Shown here: positions 60,363-64,000 of the stretch, in pieces
Layout: every line of letters starts with the position of its first letter
Numbering within the stretch: position 1 is the stretch's first letter
Assembly (NCBI RefSeq): GCF_044324875.1
Contig: NZ_CP172186.1
Origin: Escherichia coli
GTDB taxonomy: Bacteria; Pseudomonadota; Gammaproteobacteria; Enterobacterales; Enterobacteriaceae
Length of the DNA: 64,000 nucleotides
Direction: 5' to 3' (one strand)
Notes under the pieces: generated by a model
What the model saw: the letters and a program-made list of their open reading frames with translations, nothing else
What the model was told of the DNA's origin: nothing
The model's database searches: none
Translations under genes and position numbers: made by a program

Positions 60363-60938
60363 ATGACTGGAATCAAGATTGGCTATGCTCGTTGCTCCAC
60401 AGACCAACAAGACCTAACTGCCCAGATAGATGCGCTGATAAATCTAGGCATTTCCACTGACAGGATCTATACAGACAAAGGACTGACTGGTTCAAACCGA
60501 CAGAGGCCGGGCCTAGAACAGGCGCTTGCAGCGGTTCGAGAGGGAGATACGCTAGTTGTTCCAAAACTAGATCGTTTAGCCCGTTCAGTACCTGATGCAA
60601 GAGGTATTGCTGATATCCTACAAGCTCGAGGAGCGAAACTCGCTCTAGGGGACAGTATCTATGATCCAACAGACCCGATGGGGAAAATGTTCTTCAATAT
60701 TCTTGCTACTTTTGCAGAGTTTGAAGGAGACCTTATTCGACTACGAACTAAAGAGGGGATGGCTGTTGCCCGTTCAAAGGGAAAATTGAAAGGAAAACAG
60801 CCTAAATTATCTGAAAAACAACAAAAAGAACTATGCCGTATGCGTGATACTGGCCAGTACTCTATCAGCGATCTAGCGGAACTATTTACCGTCTCGCGTG
60901 CAACGGTTTATCGAACACTTTCACGAGGACAAAAATGA
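60363..60938 (+). CDS. tnpR: Tn3-family resolvase (serine recombinase) TnpR
   Basis: 191 aa; MTGIKIGYARCSTDQQDLTAQ... catalytic Ser region, C-terminal HTH; divergent from tnpA with ~90-bp res-like spacer. Confidence 0.9.
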   Translation: MTGIKIGYARCSTDQQDLTAQIDALINLGISTDRIYTDKGLTGSNRQRPGLEQALAAVREGDTLVVPKLDRLARSVPDARGIADILQARGAKLALGDSIYDPTDPMGKMFFNILATFAEFEGDLIRLRTKEGMAVARSKGKLKGKQPKLSEKQQKELCRMRDTGQYSISDLAELFTVSRATVYRTLSRGQK

Positions 60939-61149
60939 CCGATTTAACTACACAGCAACATCTAGTAAAAATTGTCCATGATTATGCCTGCCCTCAAAAG
61001 GGTCATGGACAGTCCATCAAAGGTTCAAATGGATTACATCTGCATTCAATACCCAGATTACTTCCGCTTTGCTAAATGGATAGAACGGTTGGCGTAGGGT
61101 ATTGTTGATGGTGTAATTAAAGTTCCTAAAGATCATTAAAATATCAGAT

Positions 61150-61188
61150 CGGAAATTTAGGCGGTTCCGGCGTAGAACCCAGAACCCC
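61150..61188. repeat. internal degenerate copy of the Tn3-family terminal IR
   Basis: CGGAAATTTAGGCGGTTCCGGCGTAGAACCCAGAACCCC: same orientation as the right IR, with one substitution and a 7-bp duplication. Confidence 0.65.
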
Positions 61189-61197
61189 TTATCCGAA

Positions 61198-62061
61198 TTA
61201 TTGTTCAGTTAACTTCATTTCGACAAGTAAAGGTAAATGATCTGAGACAGATGCATATGGCTTACTTTCAGGGGTCGCTCTATCTGACGGTTTAGGAATA
61301 TATACATCTTTAATGTCCCATTTTTGAGCATTTGATGTAAGTATATAATCAATTTTCCTGTCTGGATTCCATGATGGTGCCGTGTACTTCAATTCCTTAT
61401 CAGTGTCATTGAACCATGCTGTTAAATCCAAGTACTCTGTTGATTGAGGTGGTAAATTAAGATCACCCACTATAATTGGAAGTGCATTTTTAAACTGCCA
61501 AGAAGAGAATTTTGTTTGAAGAGTTCTTACTTGCTCTGCTCGTAATGGCTGCGTAGTGAAGTCCAAATGAGTAGTTACTAACATAACAGGCGCAGGATAA
61601 TTAGGGACATCAACTTCTACAGCACAGGCCGCTCTTTGCTCCGCACCTTTGATGTTAGGTAGTTCCATCCTTTTACTCAATTTCAAATCATACTTAGACA
61701 GTACTGCTGTACCATATTCCCCACCATCATGATCTATAGCCTTGCAGAAGTAATAATTCATTCCCAACTTATTAGCTATATACTCTGCTTGATTGACTGG
61801 GTTAGAACCCTCTTTACTAAAGTTCTTACCAGAACGCCTAGTCATGTTATCAACTTCTTGCAGTCCAATAATATCAACATTCATTTTACGAATTGCTTCT
61901 ACAATGGCATCAGTACTCCCCATTCTAGAGGCCATTATGTTATATGACCCAACACGAATACTATCGGTATCTGCTGGACCATCCATGAGGCGATCAGAAG
62001 CTAAAGTTGAAGAGGAAAGAACTATAAACCCTATAACCGCAGCAATGCTTGTTAATTTCAT
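61198..62061 (-). CDS. secreted endonuclease/exonuclease/phosphatase (EEP, DNase I-like fold) family protein
   Basis: 287 aa; signal peptide MKLTSIAAVIGFIVLSSSTLA; ...VGSYNIM...IIGLQEVD...TTHLD...VGDLN...SDHLPL... EEP motifs; visibly AT-rich gene. Confidence 0.7.
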   Translation of the reverse strand: MKLTSIAAVIGFIVLSSSTLASDRLMDGPADTDSIRVGSYNIMASRMGSTDAIVEAIRKMNVDIIGLQEVDNMTRRSGKNFSKEGSNPVNQAEYIANKLGMNYYFCKAIDHDGGEYGTAVLSKYDLKLSKRMELPNIKGAEQRAACAVEVDVPNYPAPVMLVTTHLDFTTQPLRAEQVRTLQTKFSSWQFKNALPIIVGDLNLPPQSTEYLDLTAWFNDTDKELKYTAPSWNPDRKIDYILTSNAQKWDIKDVYIPKPSDRATPESKPYASVSDHLPLLVEMKLTEQ

Positions 62062-62067
62062 TTGGAT

Positions 62068-62389
62068 TTGCCCCTATATTTCCAGATACCTGTTATCACT
62101 TAACCCATTACTGGCTTGCTGCCGTAGATATTCCCGTGGCGAGCGATAACCCAGTGCACTATGCGGATGCCATTCGTTATAATGCTCGAACGCCTCTGCA
62201 AGGTTCTTTGCTGCCGTTAACCCGTCTGGTTTGGGCATGACACTGATGTAGTCACGCTTTATCGTTTTCACGAAGCTCTCTGCTATGCCGTTACTCTCCG
62301 GACTCCGCACCGCCGTGCTCTTCGGTTCAAGCCCCAACATCCGGGCAAACTGCCGTGTTTCATTAGCCCGGTAGCATGAACCATTATCC
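62068..62389 (-). mobile_element. IS2 3'-end fragment
   Basis: IS2 right terminus TGGATTTGCCCCTATATTTCCAG and InsD C-terminal ~104 codons. Confidence 0.8.
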
Positions 62390-62936
62390 GTCATCCATAT
62401 CACCACGTCAAAGGGTGACAGCAGGCTCATAAGACGCCCCAGCGTCGCCATCGTGCGTTCACAGAATACGTGCGCAACAACCGTCTTCCGGAGCCTGTCA
62501 TACGCGTAAAACAGCCAGCGCTGGCGCGATTTAGCCCCGACATAGCCCCACTGTTCGTCCATTTCCGCGCAGACGATGACGTCACTGCCCGGCTGTATGC
62601 GCGAGGTTACCGACTGCGGCCTGAGTTTTTTAAGTGACGTAAAATCGTGTTGAGGCCAACGCCCATAATGCGGGCAGTTGCCCGGCATCCAACGCCATTC
62701 ATGGCCATATCAATGATTTTCTGGTGCGTACCGGGTTGAGAAGCGGTGTAAGTGAACTGCAGTTGCCATGTTTTACGGCAGTGAGAGCAGAGATAGCGCT
62801 GATGTCCGGCGGTGCTTTTGCCGTTACGCACCACCCCGTCAGTAGCTGAACAGGAGGGACAGCTGATAGAAACAGAAGCCACTGGAGCACCTCAAAAACA
62901 CCATCATACACTAAATCAGTAAGTTGGCAGCATCAC
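62390..62936 (-). mobile_element. IS1 5' fragment (insA plus start of insB) fused to the IS2 fragment
   Basis: InsA 62607..62882 [39 protein letters not shown]...; InsB N-terminus reads in frame into IS2 InsD; IS1 terminus ...GGCAGCATCACC. Confidence 0.8.
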
Positions 62937-63228
62937 CCGCGAATTATTAAATAAATACCATGGGCTCTCTCGTATTAGCCAAAAATTAAGGCAAAAAGGC
63001 TCGAGACCTTAGTAATAGAACAAGAGCTTGAAGATACCGATGTCAATTGGTTTGAGACGTGCCTTAAAGCAAAAGAAAAAAGTTTGGCAGCAGCTTCCCC
63101 CAAAATCAGAGTTAGAAAACAAAGATGATTCGTGACCTTCTATATTAAGGTCACTCGTTATCAATGATATTAGAGTGCATAAGCAAATAGAAAGAACATA
63201 CCAGTCAATTACTTATACTTTCTTTGAC

Positions 63229-63678
63229 TCAATGTCGGAAATTTCGGCGGTTCCGGCGTAGAACCCCATGAAGTTGTTTTCTCCGTTTCCTTAATGAAAA
63301 TTCAGCCAGAGGCGCAGCAGGATGATTATGTAGTGCACTTAATGCCCTGTTGAACTGAAGTATTCCGGCAATATCCATCCATGAGAGATATTTATCGACG
63401 CTCACTGTGACGGTGATGCAGTCATGGGTACGGGATTTTTCATGAATTTCTGCAGCCAGAAAGAGCAGCCAGCCGCCGTTAAATGCCGGGTGGCGGAGAA
63501 TGAACCGGGCAATCTCTTTTTCAACTCCATCAGGCGGAATATCGTCCGTCAGTGTCCGGATAATAAAGTGCCGGAATGCATCAGCGGTGAACTGATATGC
63601 GGCAGAGAGGGTATCCATTTTTGTTCCTCTGTAAGTTGAGAGGGCCGGCAGAACGTCACCGGCACCGGTGTGTGTCAC
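63229..63678 (-). CDS. hypothetical backbone protein whose 3' end is displaced by the Tn3-family insertion
   Basis: ORF reads from backbone across the IR outer boundary (63267) and terminates inside the IR. Confidence 0.4.
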   Translation of the reverse strand: MTHTGAGDVLPALSTYRGTKMDTLSAAYQFTADAFRHFIIRTLTDDIPPDGVEKEIARFILRHPAFNGGWLLFLAAEIHEKSRTHDCITVTVSVDKYLSWMDIAGILQFNRALSALHNHPAAPLAEFSLRKRRKQLHGVLRRNRRNFRH

Positions 63679-63974
63679 ATGACGTACTTTTTGTCAGGAA
63701 ACGAATCCGGCAGCAGGATAAGCGCCACACCGTCCATTTTCTCCCGCAACATTTGACGCTGTGCCGGCGGCCAGCGGCGCAGTGCATCAGCAAAATCCGC
63801 CGGACGCCAGGTGCGAAATTTCTCCTCAACGGCCAGGCGGTTCTGTACCAGGGCATTCAGTACGGCCCGTCCCTGTCTGACTCGCTTACGCTCATCGCTG
63901 AAAATTTCCTTCAGTGCCCGTGCATTGAGAGCAACTACCGAGGCCGGATGCAAATCAGGGAGCCAGACCATCAC
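63675..63974 (-). CDS. hypothetical backbone protein
   Basis: 99-aa ORF ending 4 bp before the next start; may continue beyond the window. Confidence 0.4.
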   Translation of the reverse strand: MMVWLPDLHPASVVALNARALKEIFSDERKRVRQGRAVLNALVQNRLAVEEKFRTWRPADFADALRRWPPAQRQMLREKMDGVALILLPDSFPDKKYVM

Positions 63975-64000
63975 CCCCTGTGCGGCAGCGTAGCCGTTCA

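Overview
This 64-kb window reads as part of an IncI-complex (IncI1-like) conjugative plasmid from Enterobacterales, heavily invaded by mobile elements. All calls rest on reading the six-frame translations and the DNA by eye; no database search was run. Left to right: end of a ParM/ParR-type partition module (stbA'/stbB); a long leading region (orphan DNA methyltransferase, klcA, ssb, ParB-like protein, psiB, psiA, ardA, rpn) punctuated by two families of repeated GC-rich structured elements that look like single-strand promoters (Frpo/ssi-like); oriT with nikA-nikB; a pemIK-like toxin-antitoxin; then on the minus strand trbABC, nuc, a hok-type pnd killer, excA and traY-traU. Invasions: a group II intron splits ssb; two inverted copies of a 2.64-kb IS21-family element each have their own target duplication (one sits in codon 3 of psiA); a 9.4-kb insertion bounded by inverted IS256-family ends with an 8-bp duplication carries IS629, IS2, an IS66-family element and a 1.6-kb AT-rich non-coding segment; a 6.8-kb Tn3-family structure with a 5-bp duplication sits upstream of traU. 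Best candidates for undescribed biology: an rpn nuclease gene followed by a free-standing RpnS-like tail gene with GFKQ repeats; unknown genes directly behind the single-strand promoter copies; a LexA-box-controlled micro-ORF; an HTH gene with twin palindromic operators; and a low-GC secreted EEP-family hydrolase gene captured between tandem Tn3-type inverted repeats.
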